DNA from: Octopus vulgaris
Taxonomy: Eukaryota
Length of the DNA: 64,000 nt
NCBI GenBank assembly: GCA_951406725.2
Contig: OX597839.1
Location: 12,028,001 to 12,092,000 of the forward strand
Direction: 5' to 3'
The translations under genes and the position numbers were made by a program. This document shows positions 1 to 14,656 of this stretch, piece after piece (position 1 is the first letter of the stretch; the number at the start of each line of letters is the position of its first letter). Below the pieces are notes generated by a model. It made no database searches, was not told the DNA's origin, and saw only the letters and a list, made by a program, of their open reading frames with translations.

Positions 1-114
1 ATCTCATAATTTTTATTTACTTCTCTCTCCCTTCTTTTTCTCTCTCCTGCTATCTTTCCCCCACCCCACCCACTCCAATTCCCTCTTTCTCTCTCTGAAT
101 TACCCACTATTTTC

Positions 115-157
<43 letters not shown>

Positions 158-806
158 TCGCTCTGTAACGTTTCGTCCTTTGAATATGAAATTACCGTTC
201 CAAGTTGAAATGACTCCATGAAATGACTCCATGAAATGGACGGAACGTGAAATGCCAAGAATTGCAGAGCAAAAACAAGATTTAAAGAGACAAATTAAAC
301 GAATCCATTTAGAAGTAGTCAAAAGAAGAAAGACGAAAGAAGAAGAAACAACAATAAAACCCCAACAACAACAACAACAATTTGCAAACAAGACAACAAA
401 ATAATATAAACAAGTAGGAAAAAAAATATAAGAAAAGCGTACTAAAAAACATTTGCCTTAATCCTCACAAGTTAATCCTACACAACACATTACAATGTTG
501 GAGTGAAAGCGAAGTTTTATATAGAGTGACTATTCAAACGGAATAGACAAATGGAAAAATATATATAAAAATAAAATAAAAGTGTATTCGTGTGCTGGTG
601 TGTGGAGATGGATGAATGTATGTGTGTAAGAATGTGCGTGTATATATGTATATGTACATCATATATATATATGTACGCATGTGTATGTAAACATAAATAT
701 ATGCATGCTTACCTATATAGACATATATACATCAATATATATACGTGTGCACACATGCACAAGTGCATACATATGTATGGAAATGTGTATGTATATATAT
801 GTGTAT

Positions 807-840
<34 letters not shown>

Positions 841-1032
841 GTATATATCAATGTATATATACACACACATAGATATACTTGCATACATAGATACATGTAT
901 ATGCATGTGTGAAATATGTATGTATATGTGTGTGTGTGTGTGCATATGTCTTTGTGTATGTATGTATGTGAGCTAGTAACTATCTACCTATCCATATACA
1001 TATATACTGACATATATATGTATGCACCCCCC

Positions 1033-1063
<31 letters not shown>

Positions 1064-1461
1064 TATATATATATACAGATGCATACATACATGCATGAAT
1101 ATATAAATACATGCACACTTATATACACGGGCATTTACGTTTATTGATAGTAAGAAAAAGTGAAGATGAAGATGCTGATGATGATGATGATGGTCACAGA
1201 GATGAGTGTGGCGGTCGTGGAGGTAGAGGTGGTGGTGGTGGTAGTCATGGTGATTGTGACGATGAAACGACACCACACAGATTGCTGTGTGGCAGAGGAC
1301 GGTTAAAAGCAAAGGGAGATAACAAAGAAGAAGCTTTCTGAAGTCGAACAAAATATTTTATAGGTAAAGGGGGAAAAAAAATATACGACCACCTTCCAAG
1401 ATTGGAGAGGTTTGGAGGACAAACAAAGAGAGGGAAGGGCAAGGAGGAGTAAATGATGTTC

Positions 1462-1507
<46 letters not shown>

Positions 1508-1830
1508 CAGTGGTGGTGATGGTGGTGGTGGTGGTGGTGGTGGTAGTAGATGATTGTCGCAGTGATGATGATAACCATGACGACGACGACGACGATGATG
1601 ATGATGACGATGATAATAAAGACGTCGATAAGAAAAGTACGTTATAATAGAAACGAGGAACTTCTCGAAAAATCTAAGAAGCGAGGAGAGCAAAAAAAAA
1701 ATAATAGTATTAATAAAAAATTAAAATATAATGAAAAAGATAAAAAAAGATAGAAAATACATAAAAAATATGTAAATTGACGAGAGGCACTATAAACACA
1801 CAAGATACGTATGTACATACCTACATACAT

Positions 1831-1893
<63 letters not shown>

Positions 1894-1916
1894 TATATCT
1901 ATGCATCATATATATA

Positions 1917-1952
<36 letters not shown>

Positions 1953-2189
1953 TGTATGTATGTATGTATGTATGTATGTATGTATGTATGTATGTATGTA
2001 TGTATGTATGCATATGTATGTCTATATATGTAAGAATGAAAGAGAGAAAAAAAAACGAGACGTTGAGTAAAAGTTGTCCCAGATTTCATCTGCTAAGTCT
2101 TTCTTAATGTTTAAAAAACCAAATTCACCGAAGAAACAAAAATCAAAAGAAAACAATATAACGCCATTACAACGAAACAAGCATACATA

Positions 2190-2228
<39 letters not shown>

Positions 2229-2545
2229 AAGTGTGTTTGTGTTTGTGTCAATATATGAGTATGTACTGAATAAGCCAGAGTGAGGCAGATAGAGAAAAAG
2301 AGAAAGAGAGTGAGCAAGAGATAGAGATGGAGGATGATGGATGGATGGATGGGTGCAGCGAAATAAATCTAGATGAAGAAATGCTTTTATTAAAACAAGA
2401 TATATATATATATGTGTGAGCGTATTAACACACGCACAGAAACAAATTTAGATAGAAATCTATTCATAAACACCAACAGATATACACACATACGTCAACT
2501 TATGTATATGTCTGTATATATACATATATAATATATATATATGTA

Positions 2546-2612
<67 letters not shown>

Positions 2613-2751
2613 TCGCAGATATACATGCGCCCATACGACACTGATTGATAAATATATATGTAAATATGTGTGTACAATATGTAATCTATATAAATATTTA
2701 TGTATAATATATATACGATTGTGTGTATCTATGGAGATATATTTATTCAAG

Positions 2752-2794
<43 letters not shown>

Positions 2795-2847
2795 TTGATA
2801 CAAGATATACAAGCATAAACATGTTTGTAGCTATGTTTATATGCAGG

Positions 2848-2941
<94 letters not shown>

Positions 2942-3181
2942 TATGTATATACATACGTACACTCACACACTGATATATGCACATACACTCTCACATGCAC
3001 ACAATCACATACATGCATACATACATACATACATACATACATACATACATACATACATACAAACATACATACATACATACATACATACATACATGGAAAC
3101 AAAACTTCTCAGAAAAAGAAATTGAAAAACAGCAACGAGTAAACAAACACTTATCTAAACAAACCAAATAACAACAATCAC

Positions 3182-3240
<59 letters not shown>

Positions 3241-3428
3241 CAACAACAACAGCACAAATAAAATTTGGATGGATGAAATAAAATAAATGCATGCGTAAGT
3301 ACATAAATATAGATGTATATGAACAAATAAATATTGAAAGAAACTTGGTTAAAGAAACGACATAAAAACCGATTTAAAACTGTTCTGGAAACGAGATTAA
3401 AAATATACAGTATTTTCTCTCTCTTTCT

Positions 3429-3470
<42 letters not shown>

Positions 3471-3863
3471 TCTCCATCTTTCTCTCTTTCTGTGCCTTTC
3501 ACTCTAGATTTTCATTCCCTTAGATAGGAGGATATTTTTTTACGCTTTCGTATATTTACGTGTTTTTACGTCTTTCTACGTGTTTTAACGTTTTTTTTAA
3601 CGTGTTTTATATTTCTGTGTTTTTGTGTGTTTCCCTGTTTGTTTGTTTTTTGTTTCCTCCCGTGTTTCTCTATTTTATTTGTGTTTCGTTTCGTTTCTTG
3701 AAGCCTGAGTTTTCTTCTTTTTTTTTGTTTTTGCTTCTTCTCTGCATTTCTTTTCTTCTCTGTGAGTATATTTGTGAAGAAGAGGTGGGTGAGTACGGCG
3801 GTTTGGACTTTTAATCTAAAGAAACGATTTTGCCGGAATATCTAAAGAAACGCTTTACACACA

Positions 3864-3896
<33 letters not shown>

Positions 3897-4124
3897 TTAT
3901 ATATAAATGCATTTGCAAATACGGCTTCCTACCCCTTTACTTCCTTCCTTCCTTCCTTCCCTTCTTATATTTATATATATATATATATATACACACATAT
4001 ATATACATACATATATACATATATATATACACACATATATATATACATATATATACATACATACACATATATACATATATATACATACACATATACTTAT
4101 ATATATACATGTATATACATATAG

Positions 4125-4167
<43 letters not shown>

Positions 4168-5141
4168 TACATATATATATACACATATATACATATATAT
4201 ATACATATATATACACACACACATATATATATATATATACATACACATATATATACTTATATATACACACACATATATATATATATATATATACATACAT
4301 ACATACATATATATATATATATAAATATATACACACATATACATACATACATACATTTATACATGTGTGTGCCTGTGTGTGTATGTATACACGTACATAC
4401 ACACACAGACATACGTGTGTGTATGAACTTACAGTGTTTTATTTGTTTTTGGGGTTTTGTTGCTGTTCTTGTTGTTATTGTTGTTGCAATTTACTTCTTT
4501 CATCGCTATTCCATTGCCATACTGTAAAATCTCAGTAAAAATCTTTATAGTTGTCATCATTAACCGGTCCTTCCAATTGAGCGATAAACATATAACCACC
4601 AACGACTCTATATATTGCTTTTCAAAGGACGTGGCAATAAAACCTGTGTATCTTCGTGCAATTTATACGATGGCGCCACCTTACGGAGAGTATGAGATTA
4701 ATTTACAAGCGGTGGTATCGACCAGTTCGGTGCAATTCTCCATCGAATCAGACCTTACTGACTTTAGACAAGAAGATGAAGAAGCGTTGAGTTGAATAAT
4801 GTCGCGTCGTCCTTGATACACCGTGCTTGATAAACGATCGATTTGGTGGTCAAGGCTGGAACGCTTTTGGTATTATTGAAACTACAACAATACCAACAAC
4901 GACGTTATCATGAGAACTCCTGTCAACACTAACAAGCAGCGCTGGATTAACCATTATGGAAAATAAGCACGTACTTAGGACATCGTGGAAAGTGGGGAGG
5001 AAGTCTGGTTGCGGAAAGGGGGGGGGGCACTACAGAAATGGTAAATGGTCTGCGGCACAAAAGGAAATCAATTTAAACTTGCGAAAATAATATTCGAAGA
5101 ATACTCACACACACTTACTCGCGCACGTATATACATATATG

Positions 5142-5171
<30 letters not shown>

Positions 5172-5173
<2 letters not shown>

Positions 5174-5578
5174 CTCTTTTACTTGTTTCAGTCATTTGAC
5201 TGCAGCCATGCTGGAGCACCGCCTTTAATCGAGCAACTCGACCCCCGGGACTTATTCTTTTGTAAGCCCAGTACTTATTGTATCGGCCTCTTTTGCCGAA
5301 CCGCTAGGTAACGGGGACATAAACACACCAGCATCGGTTGTCAAACAATGCTAGGGGGACAAACACAGACACGCAAACACACACACGCATATATATATAT
5401 ATACATACATATATACGACGGGCTTCTTTTCAGTTTCCGTCTGCCGAATCCACTCACAAGGCTTTGGTCGGCCCGAGGCGATAGTAGAAGACACTTGCCC
5501 AAGGTGCCACGCAGTGGGACTGAACCCGGAACCATGTGGTTGGTAAACAAGCTACTTACCATACAGCCACTCCTGCGC

Positions 5579-5579
<1 letters not shown>
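5172..5579 (-). mobile_element. tRNA-derived SINE family A, full length
   Basis: Reverse strand reads ggcgcaggagtggctgtatggtaag (A box), ggttccgggttcagtccc (B box), caccttgggcaagtgtctt (CORE-like motif), an internal TA/TG tract and a gaaacaagtaaaagagta tail. Near-identical to 6821-7227 and 29167-29577. Confidence 0.9.
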
Positions 5580-5632
<53 letters not shown>

Positions 5633-5679
5633 ATATATACGTGTATGTATACACACACATATATACGCATATATATACG

Positions 5680-5726
<47 letters not shown>

Positions 5727-5729
5727 TAT

Positions 5730-6030
5730 TCTTTAATTTGTTTCAGTCATTTGATTGCGGCGATGCTGGAGCACCGCCTTCAGTCGAGAAAATCAACCAA
5801 GGACTTATTCTTTGGAAGCCTAGTACTTATTCTGTCGGACACTTTTGCCGAACCGCTAAGTTACGGGAACGTAAACACACCAGCATCGGCTGTCAAGTGG
5901 TGTTGGACACACACATATGTATATGCGACGGGCTTCTTTCCGTTTCCGTCTACCAAATCCACTCACAAGGCTTTGGTGAGCCCCAGGCTATAGTAGAAGA
6001 CACTAACCGAAGGTGCCACGCAATGGGACC
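5730..6030 (-). mobile_element. SINE family A, 5'-truncated diverged copy
   Basis: Aligns by eye with 5172-5520 (tttcagtcatttga...ggtgccacgcaatgggac). Confidence 0.85.
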
Positions 6031-6237
6031 AGTAGAAATTGTGTTCGATTAGAAGTACGACTGCTACTACCGTGTTTAGAGCTCCGCCTGGATTTTCATG
6101 ATCTTGTCTGCTTTCTATACTGTTGTTAGTTGACTTCTTTACAGATTGTTATTGCTAGTTATGAGTTACAGAGCCAATGTTGGAAATATGACGATAAACA
6201 GAAATTTTTATAATTGGGGAAAAAAATGTGTTTCTCT

Positions 6238-6443
6238 AGGGCCTTATAGTCAACCTAGCTAAAACCAAAGTCCTAATAAGTAGGAAGGCAGGCAAACCAC
6301 AAATCCCTTCAGTTAGATGGCTCTGCTCGATCTGTAAAAAAAGGCGTAGGTAGAAACTCTATAAGATGTACCCAGTGTAAGCTATGGACACATAAGAGGT
6401 GCAGCAATGTCAAAGGAAGGCTAACTGGGAGGATAGCTTTTTT
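6238..6443 (+). pseudogene. LINE (RTE-like) reverse transcriptase fragment with PHD-like Cys/His finger
   Basis: Translates, with one frameshift in an A-run, to GLIVNLAKTKVLISRK...WLCSICKK/GVGRNSIRCTQCKLWTHKRCSNVKGRL. This is the RT GLxVNxxKTK motif followed by CxxC...CxxC...HxxC. Confidence 0.75.
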
Positions 6444-6820
6444 TCACGCAGGAATATGGAAAAATTAGTTGATGAAATTGCACCTGAATATGAAAAACTT
6501 GTAATTGCTTTTAAATAAATTTCTTTAGATACATACAAACTAGTTTCACAACTCAACCATACAAACACAAGTTGCTGACGTCATCTAACTCTAAACCAAT
6601 GAAATTTTACCTCCGATCAAAACCGAACTGCAGTAAATATAACAAAATGACCCTTTAAGAGAATCACCCAACTGGAACGGCTGATGACCGTTCCTAACAA
6701 GGAAGTCAAGCAGGCAGAACGACAAACTTGAACACCAGAAAAATTAACGTCTTCAGTACGTTAACGAATCAAAAATCAGTTCCTTTCACGAAAAAAAATT
6801 ATAAATATACTGAATATACA

Positions 6821-7227
6821 GGCACAGGAGTGGCTGTGTGGTAAGTAGCTTGTTTACCAACCACATGGTTCCGGGTTCAGTCCTACTGCGTGGCACCTTG
6901 GGCAAGTGTCTTCTACTATAGCCTCGGGCCGACCAAAGCCTTGTGAGTGAATTTGGTAGACAGAAACTGAAAGAAGCCCGTCGTATATATGTATATATAT
7001 ATGCGTGTGTGTGTTTGTGTGTCTGTGTTTGTCCCCTTAGCATTGCTTGACAACCGATGCTGGTGTGTTTATGTCCCCGTAACTTTAGCGGTTCGGCAAA
7101 AGAGACTGATAGAATAAGTACTGGGCTTACAAAAGAATAAGTCCCGGGGGTCAAGTTGCTCGATTAAAGGCGGTGCTCCAGCATGGCCGCAGTCAAATGA
7201 CTGAAACAAGTAAAAGAGTAAAGAGTA
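6821..7227 (+). mobile_element. SINE family A, full length
   Basis: ggcacaggagtggctgtgtggtaag head, B box ggttcagtcc, CORE-like caccttgggcaagtg, repeated aaagagta tail. Confidence 0.92.
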
Positions 7228-7684
7228 ATTCCAAAAAACGCCGTTACAAGCGAAAATCCCTGCACACGACGGGAAAATAATCACAGAAACTGTAACAAAA
7301 CCCTTTTTTTTACTATCTTCATTTCTCCCTTGCTTTTCTCTCTCTTAACTCAATGTGACCGAACCTTTGGTGATCTATTTTTCTTATCGATTACTTCTAA
7401 CACTTCAAATTTTGTGCATTTAAACAAGATGATCCACATTTTTTGTATTATTGAATGTTGTGAACATTTAATTCATATTTGATATTATTGAATTTTGTAA
7501 GCATTGGATCTTTTAAACACGTTTTTTCTACTTCGTAATTTAAAATATTTCACCATTGATAAACAAAACATTGTTGAAACTAGTTTGGTGTGTATGCAAA
7601 TTAATTTATTTAAAAACAATTACAAGGTTTTTCAAATTTAGGTGCATTTTCAACAACAAATTTATACACACAAACACACATATA

Positions 7685-8210
7685 TCTCTTATATAAAATT
7701 CGTTCTGTCTGTGTCTTCTCGGATCTCGGACATTCTCCATTCGATTGCGCTCATACTTGATATGTAGATACCGACGGTATCAGGGCGTGTATAAAATCGA
7801 TTCCAGGTGAGAATGCGATCGATAAAGCCGTTTTTGTTCTGCATTTCTTCCGTCAACATGTACATACCCACACCTTCCATTTTTTTTTGTACTTCTTAAA
7901 GGCACTTTTCTTTCCTGCCAAGCTTACTGTTTAAACCATGTTTGTGTTCTCCCAGTCAACAGCCTTATCATTACTGGTACTTTAAACTCTTCGGTTGCAT
8001 GTTTGTGTGAATAAAATCGTTTTTCTTTGGAATAGAAAAAAAGTCTATCTGTATTTTTTCCTTTTGCTGGTGTCTCAAATTAAGGTTAAATCAGTGTTTC
8101 TCAAAGGACTTGTCCGACCTATGGGACAGTCGGACAAGTTGTTTTGAGAAAACTTGGTTTAAATGTTTGACAACTCAGCACCGTTCATTGGACGGGGGGC
8201 ATTTTGCTCG
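7685..8210 (+). mobile_element. Non-autonomous Helitron-like element
   Basis: Starts tctcttatataaa after an A. Ends with hairpin ccgtt-cattg-gacgg, then ...ttgCTCG (variant of CTAG) before a T. No TSD; sits in a TA context. Confidence 0.6.
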
Positions 8211-8813
8211 TATATATATATAATGAAGAAGTAAATGGTATAGTTATCCACTTTCTACTGCACCGCTAATTAGCGCTCAAATGGAGCTTCAGGAATATAA
8301 AATTAAGAAACTAAGAAACAAATTCAAAGGTCGGTATTCATATTCATACAATCCATTTGAAATTGTCGAAATTCATGACAATATACATAGATGCGTTCAC
8401 ATATATGAGACTTAATAAAAATTCATAAGAATAATATATATCAGTTCGCCTTATCAGTACCACATATGCCACAAGATGTGCAAATCTCAAAGGTGTTTCA
8501 AGAAACATTTCAAGGTATATCAAGACCAAACATCACAGGCAGTTCCATTTGCACCAAAACTTGTGAGCAATTTGCCCAGACGTCTTTTCAAAAGCATGTT
8601 TGGTCTAAAAAGAGACGTAAGATCTCATACAAGAACCTAGCATCGCGTACACTGAGATGATCAAGATTTGTATTGAGCAGATAACAATCATATTTATATT
8701 TATGTCTATATATTACTGTAATCAAAGCTGTACAAATAAAGATAAAATCTACTCCATGTATTGAGTAATTTCTTCTTTCTTCGGTAAATTCAATCACACT
8801 CACAAGCACACAC

Positions 8814-8844
<31 letters not shown>

Positions 8845-9827
8845 TGTATGTATGTATGTATGTATGTATGTATGTATGTATGTATGTATCATGTAGGTAT
8901 GTGTGTATGTAAGTCCGTATGAATATAATGCAAATAAATCTTTCTGTCTCTGTCTACATACATGCATATATATATATGCATGTATGTTTATATTATATGT
9001 ATATGTATATATATATCTAAATCTAACTATGTATCTATCTACCTATCTATCTAATTATCTATCTATCCATCTACAAACATACATACATACATACATACAT
9101 ACATACATACATACACGTATATATATATATATATTTATACACACATGTGCGTGTTTGTGAATGTGTCCTTGCGCGGGTATCTATACAAATGATTATCGAC
9201 ACACATACGCGAACACGCACGTGCAAACACTCACACACACACACACACACACACACCTATCGTGTTTTCGTTCGACAGCATGTAATAACGAAATCAGCAA
9301 TCGCAAAAACAAAGAACAACAACAACTACAACTATTATACGCAATCACCAATAACAAATGGCGTCAATTTATTTTGCTGTCTCAGCCGAGGACTTATTAT
9401 TACAATTGTATGATGCGCGTGGTGGTGGTGGTGGGAGGTAGAGGGTAGGCGGGTTGGATGGAGGTGTTGCGGATGGCGGAGATGGTGGGGTGAAGAGAGG
9501 GGGAGGGGTAGAGGAAGGAGATCCTTGCAAAACAGGATGAGTGCAGCTATGCACAGTGAATAGCTTTGTATGTAATGTAAGACGGGCGTTTAATAAACTA
9601 AAGAGAACAGCCCCATCACCGTCGCCACCACATACGTGCGCGCGCACGCGTGTGCATGTGTGTATGTTTGTATGCGCGCGCGTGTGTGTATGCATGTAGA
9701 TGCGATTATATATATAGATATATATTAAGTATATGCATGCATATATATATATATATATGTACGTATACATACGTAAATATAAACATATACACACACATAT
9801 ATATATATAGAAATACAAGTATACAGC

Positions 9828-9875
<48 letters not shown>

Positions 9876-9891
9876 GTGACACACACACACA

Positions 9892-9924
<33 letters not shown>

Positions 9925-9973
9925 GTGTGTATGTATGTATCTATATATGTATATATATACACACATATATATG

Positions 9974-10033
<60 letters not shown>

Positions 10034-10125
10034 TATATATGTATCTATCTATCTATCTATATATATATGCATATATTTGTGTGTGTGTGTGTGTGTGTGC
10101 GTGTCTGTATATAGATACATATATA

Positions 10126-10156
<31 letters not shown>

Positions 10157-10794
10157 GTATCTATACACACACACACACACACATACATATATATATCAAT
10201 GATGGCAAACAATCAATACTGAGAATTTTCACAATTATATTTATGCTAATAAAACTAATAAAATGACAAAAAAATATTTAAAAAAAAAATAACAGAAACT
10301 CACGCATATACAGAAAATATATACAATACAAACAAGCGTATGGAGAGGAAGAGAGAGAGAGAGAGAACGAAAGAGAGAGAGGGGGAGGGAAACATAAAAA
10401 CGACATAAAGAAAGCATAAACAAAATATCAAAATAACAAAATAAATTGATCAAGAGTCAAACAAATATGAACGAAAAACTATATTGACAAACTTAAAACA
10501 TAAACATGACACAAAATGTCAGCTTTCTTGATTAAATAAACTAATTTTGCGTTCAACATTGGATAAATAACAGTTGCTGTCGTTGATATTGCTATTGTTG
10601 TTGATGTTGTTGTTGTTGGTGGTGTTGGTGTTCGAGGTGGTGGTTGTGGCGGTGTTTTTTTTTTTATTGTTGTGTTGTTTGTGCTAACGTTCCATGTTAT
10701 GTTTCAATGCAGTTTCTATCTAAACATTTTATCAGCTGAAAAATTAACATATCACCCAACCAACCAGACAATTATTGTTCACATATACATATAC

Positions 10795-10993
<199 letters not shown>

Positions 10994-11236
10994 CACAGAT
11001 ATATACATATATACCTATATAAACATGTATGAATATACATGAATATAAAACATACATACGTACTTTATGTGCGAATTTGTGTGTATTTATGTATGTTTAT
11101 ATATGTGTGTGTGTTGTGGACATATATATCGGACATATATGCGTAAATAAATGCATACACGCATGTATGTATCTTTACTTATTATATGTACATACATACA
11201 TACATGCATACATATATACATACATATTTAATTCAT

Positions 11237-11269
<33 letters not shown>

Positions 11270-11536
11270 CATACATACATTCATACATACGTACAGACAT
11301 ACATACTTACATATATACGTACGTACATACGTAGATACATGCGTACGTACGTACATACATCCATATATACATACGTACATACACACATACATATTACATA
11401 CATACATACTCGCGTACATACATACATACATACACACATACATACATACATACATACATACATACATACATACATACATACATAGACATACAATCACGCG
11501 CAGAAATACATACAAACAAACAAGAAAGAGATCGAG

Positions 11537-11572
<36 letters not shown>

Positions 11573-12464
11573 AAAAATATGGAGGCAGGATGAGACGGGA
11601 AGCGAGTGAGTGAGACGGGGGTGGATATTAAAATTTACAGATTTGTCAATAAAACATGATTGAAAAGCATGGCGTGGCGTTGCGCTGCATACTTGCAGCA
11701 AGTAAAGTGAAACGGCAAGACATGCACCCATCGTCACTCGGTGCATCACCTTTCCTGAATGTAATTCTTGTAACGCATAAATTGGCAAACACGTCTGCGC
11801 GATCACATGATTATATGCGCGCGTATCCGTATAAGGCTCGCTCAGTCATAAGCATGCGCACAAATACAGACACTATATCTCTTTCACACACCATATAATA
11901 TGTATGTATGTGGTATATATATATATATATATATATAAACATAAACATGCGTATATATATGCATATATATATGTATATACATACGTATATAAATGCATAT
12001 ATACATATGTGTATGTACATATATATATGCATATACATATGTGTGTGTGTGTGTGTGTGTTTATATATATATATATATATATGCACAAACACTTGTATAT
12101 AAAAATACATATATACATTTGTATATCTATTATCTATATAACCATATACGCGTGTGTGTGTATTCACAGACAAACACTGGCTTGTACCCATGTATCATAA
12201 TTTTTACAATCGTAACACCTCAATGCTATCTATATTTTGATGAAAATTGCTCATATATAAACAGGAAACTTTTATGTTACAAAATTTAGATAAAGTTATT
12301 TTTTAATGTAAAATATACTCTTCTTCATTTTCTATAATGTCCGGCATGCTAACAATTTTGCTAGCCGAAGATTGGACTTGAACTCAGAGCGCTGAGAGCT
12401 GTAATAATAACAGTGAAGCACTCTGTCTGGTGTCTGCCAACTTTGCCATGCAACAAACTAAAAT

Positions 12465-12645
12465 GTTGGTTTCAAATTTTGGCACAAGGCCAGTGAGTTC
12501 GGCGGTGGGAGTAAGTCGATTACATCGACCGCCCAGTGCTCAATAAGTACTTATTTTATCGACTCCGAAAGAATGAAAAGCAAAGTCGACCTCGGCGGGA
12601 ATTGAAATCAGAACGTGAAGACGAAATGCCGCTAAGCGTTTTGGA
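12465..12645 (-). mobile_element. SINE family B, diverged copy
   Basis: ttttatcgactccgaaagaatgaaaagcaaagtcgacctcggcgg matches the family B central domain. Confidence 0.75.
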
Positions 12646-13878
12646 AACAATCTAAAATATTACAATCTGTTAGTACAAATATACGTACAAAAAATTGCTC
12701 ACGGTATGTCAGCATTTACGTGGAGAGGTCACATTTACCTCCTTCCCCAGCTCACATAACCCACACCTGACGTGTCGTATATTATTCAATGACCATGTTA
12801 CCTTTACGAAACGTATTTGTTAAATATCTGAATGAAAATTCTGTTAGAAAATGAAAGGAATATCAAACGTTCGTCTGCCTATCAACTATTTACAACGAGT
12901 GGATGACAACAAAAACATAGCAGCGGTGCGTCATCCTGGTATTCAATCGCAGTAACACCAAACATAGCTAAAACTACGAGTTTTTCAGCCTATACAGCAA
13001 AATATAATTAACCAAACAGTTGATCTGAAAGAAGATAAATTTGATATACGCTACTCGTATAACGCAGTTTATACATGTTATATTTCTGGTTACATTATTT
13101 ATTCCAGTGCTGTCACAAAATTGTATTTACATGCACAGAATCATACATTTTTCACTACCAGACCGCTTTAAAGTGTCTGTCAATAAGCGTATGATGAAGT
13201 ATTCGAAATTTGCTTTTTCAACAAAATATACTTGTAAAATAGGAATGTATACACAGATTCACTCATATATTTCTGTATGAGAGTGAATATAAGTATATAT
13301 ATGACAACAACATCAATGATGATGATGATGATGATGATGATGATAAATTTTGCTGAAATCTGAAACTTCCCAGTCTGTGATGATACCGGGTTTCACGCCT
13401 TAGCGATCCGATTCCGAGGCAATAGACGAAGCGAAGCAATCAAATTTACAATTGTATAGGAAAGAAAACGTAAAAGAAAAAAAAAAGTAATAATAACATA
13501 TATTTAATAAAAATGTAAATTGAATAAGAATCGAATAAAAGACGTTGAACATTCTCATGAATAGAAGTAAATTGTGCAATAGTATTATTGAAGGCAGTTC
13601 AAAGTGCAGCATCTACGGCATTTGGGAATAGTTTGACGGCGAATTTTTGATTTATCGCTGAAAGTATATTGAATGCTGTGTGTACGTTAACAACAGAAAT
13701 TACATTGTTACGAGGCAGTCCGGGGTTCAAGCATGAGACATTGTAAAATATCTCAGCAAATATGGTGATTTATGGGCTGTATATATGGCTGTACATTAAT
13801 TCTGAACTGGTGATTACGATAAGATTCTTATGGAAGAAAATAGTCATCTTTCCAGAAAGACAAAGATCACACCTATCA

Positions 13879-13906
13879 GTGTATGTGTGTGAGAGAGAGA
13901 GAGAGA

Positions 13907-13939
<33 letters not shown>

Positions 13940-14286
13940 TGTATGTGTGTGTATGAGAGAGAGTGTGTGTGTGTGTGAGAGAGAGAGTGTGTGTGTGTGT
14001 ATGAGTGAGCGAGAGCGAGAGTGTGTGTGTGTGTGAGAGAGAGAGAAAGAGTGTGTGTGTGTGTGTGAGAGAGAGAGAGTGTGTGTGTGAGAGAGAGAGA
14101 GAGTGTGTGTGTGTGAGAGAGAGAGAGTGTGTGTGAGAGAGAGAGAGAGAGTGTGTGTGTGTGAGAGAGAGAGTGTGTGTGAGAGAGAGCGAGAGTGTGT
14201 GTGTGTGTGAGAGAGAGAGAGAGTGTGTGTGTGTGTGAAAGAGAGAGAGAGTGTGTGTGAGAGAATGAGTGTGAGTGTGTGTGAGA

Positions 14287-14317
<31 letters not shown>

Positions 14318-14460
14318 TGTGTGTGTGTGTGAGAGAGAGTGTGTGTGTATGTGAGTGTGTGAGAGAGAGAGCGAGAGTGTGTGTGTGTGTGAGAGAGAGA
14401 GAGTGTGTGTGTGTGTGAGAGAGAGTGTGTGTATGTGAGTGTGTGAGAGAGAGAGCGAGA

Positions 14461-14523
<63 letters not shown>

Positions 14524-14561
14524 TGTGTGTATGTGAGAGAGAGTTATGTGTGTGAGAGAGA

Positions 14562-14652
<91 letters not shown>

Positions 14653-14656
14653 CGCG
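13879..14656. repeat. Compound (GA)n(GT)n satellite
   Basis: About 780 bp of alternating GA and GT blocks with recurring variants gagcgaga and gtatgtga. Confidence 0.95.

Noticed and set aside
206-238. 13-bp tandem tgaaatgactcca x2.5
   Set aside because: An isolated small duplication with no further support.
1111-1753. Poly-Asp/Gly/Val/His ORFs (also 38305-38880, 40196-40417, 43276-43643)
   Set aside because: Trinucleotide SSR mosaics with no domain or splice support.
590-4527. Numerous [16 protein letters not shown] ORFs here and throughout the window
   Set aside because: They are translations of stop-free (TA)n, (CA)n and (TATG)n microsatellites.
4457-4795. 112-aa ORF with hydrophobic N-terminus
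   Set aside because: The N-terminus derives from (TTG)n-like low complexity, the start is non-ATG, and no domain is recognisable.
4937-5085. Possible hAT MITE starting cagcgctggattaacc
   Set aside because: No matching right TIR or TSD could be identified.
5348-5722. Recurrent ORF '[35 protein letters not shown]'
   Set aside because: Antisense reading of SINE family A; recurrence reflects copy number, not coding.
8280-8660. Possible decayed zinc-finger or LINE C-terminus (FKSMFGLKRDVRSH)
   Set aside because: Too degenerate to assign without a search.
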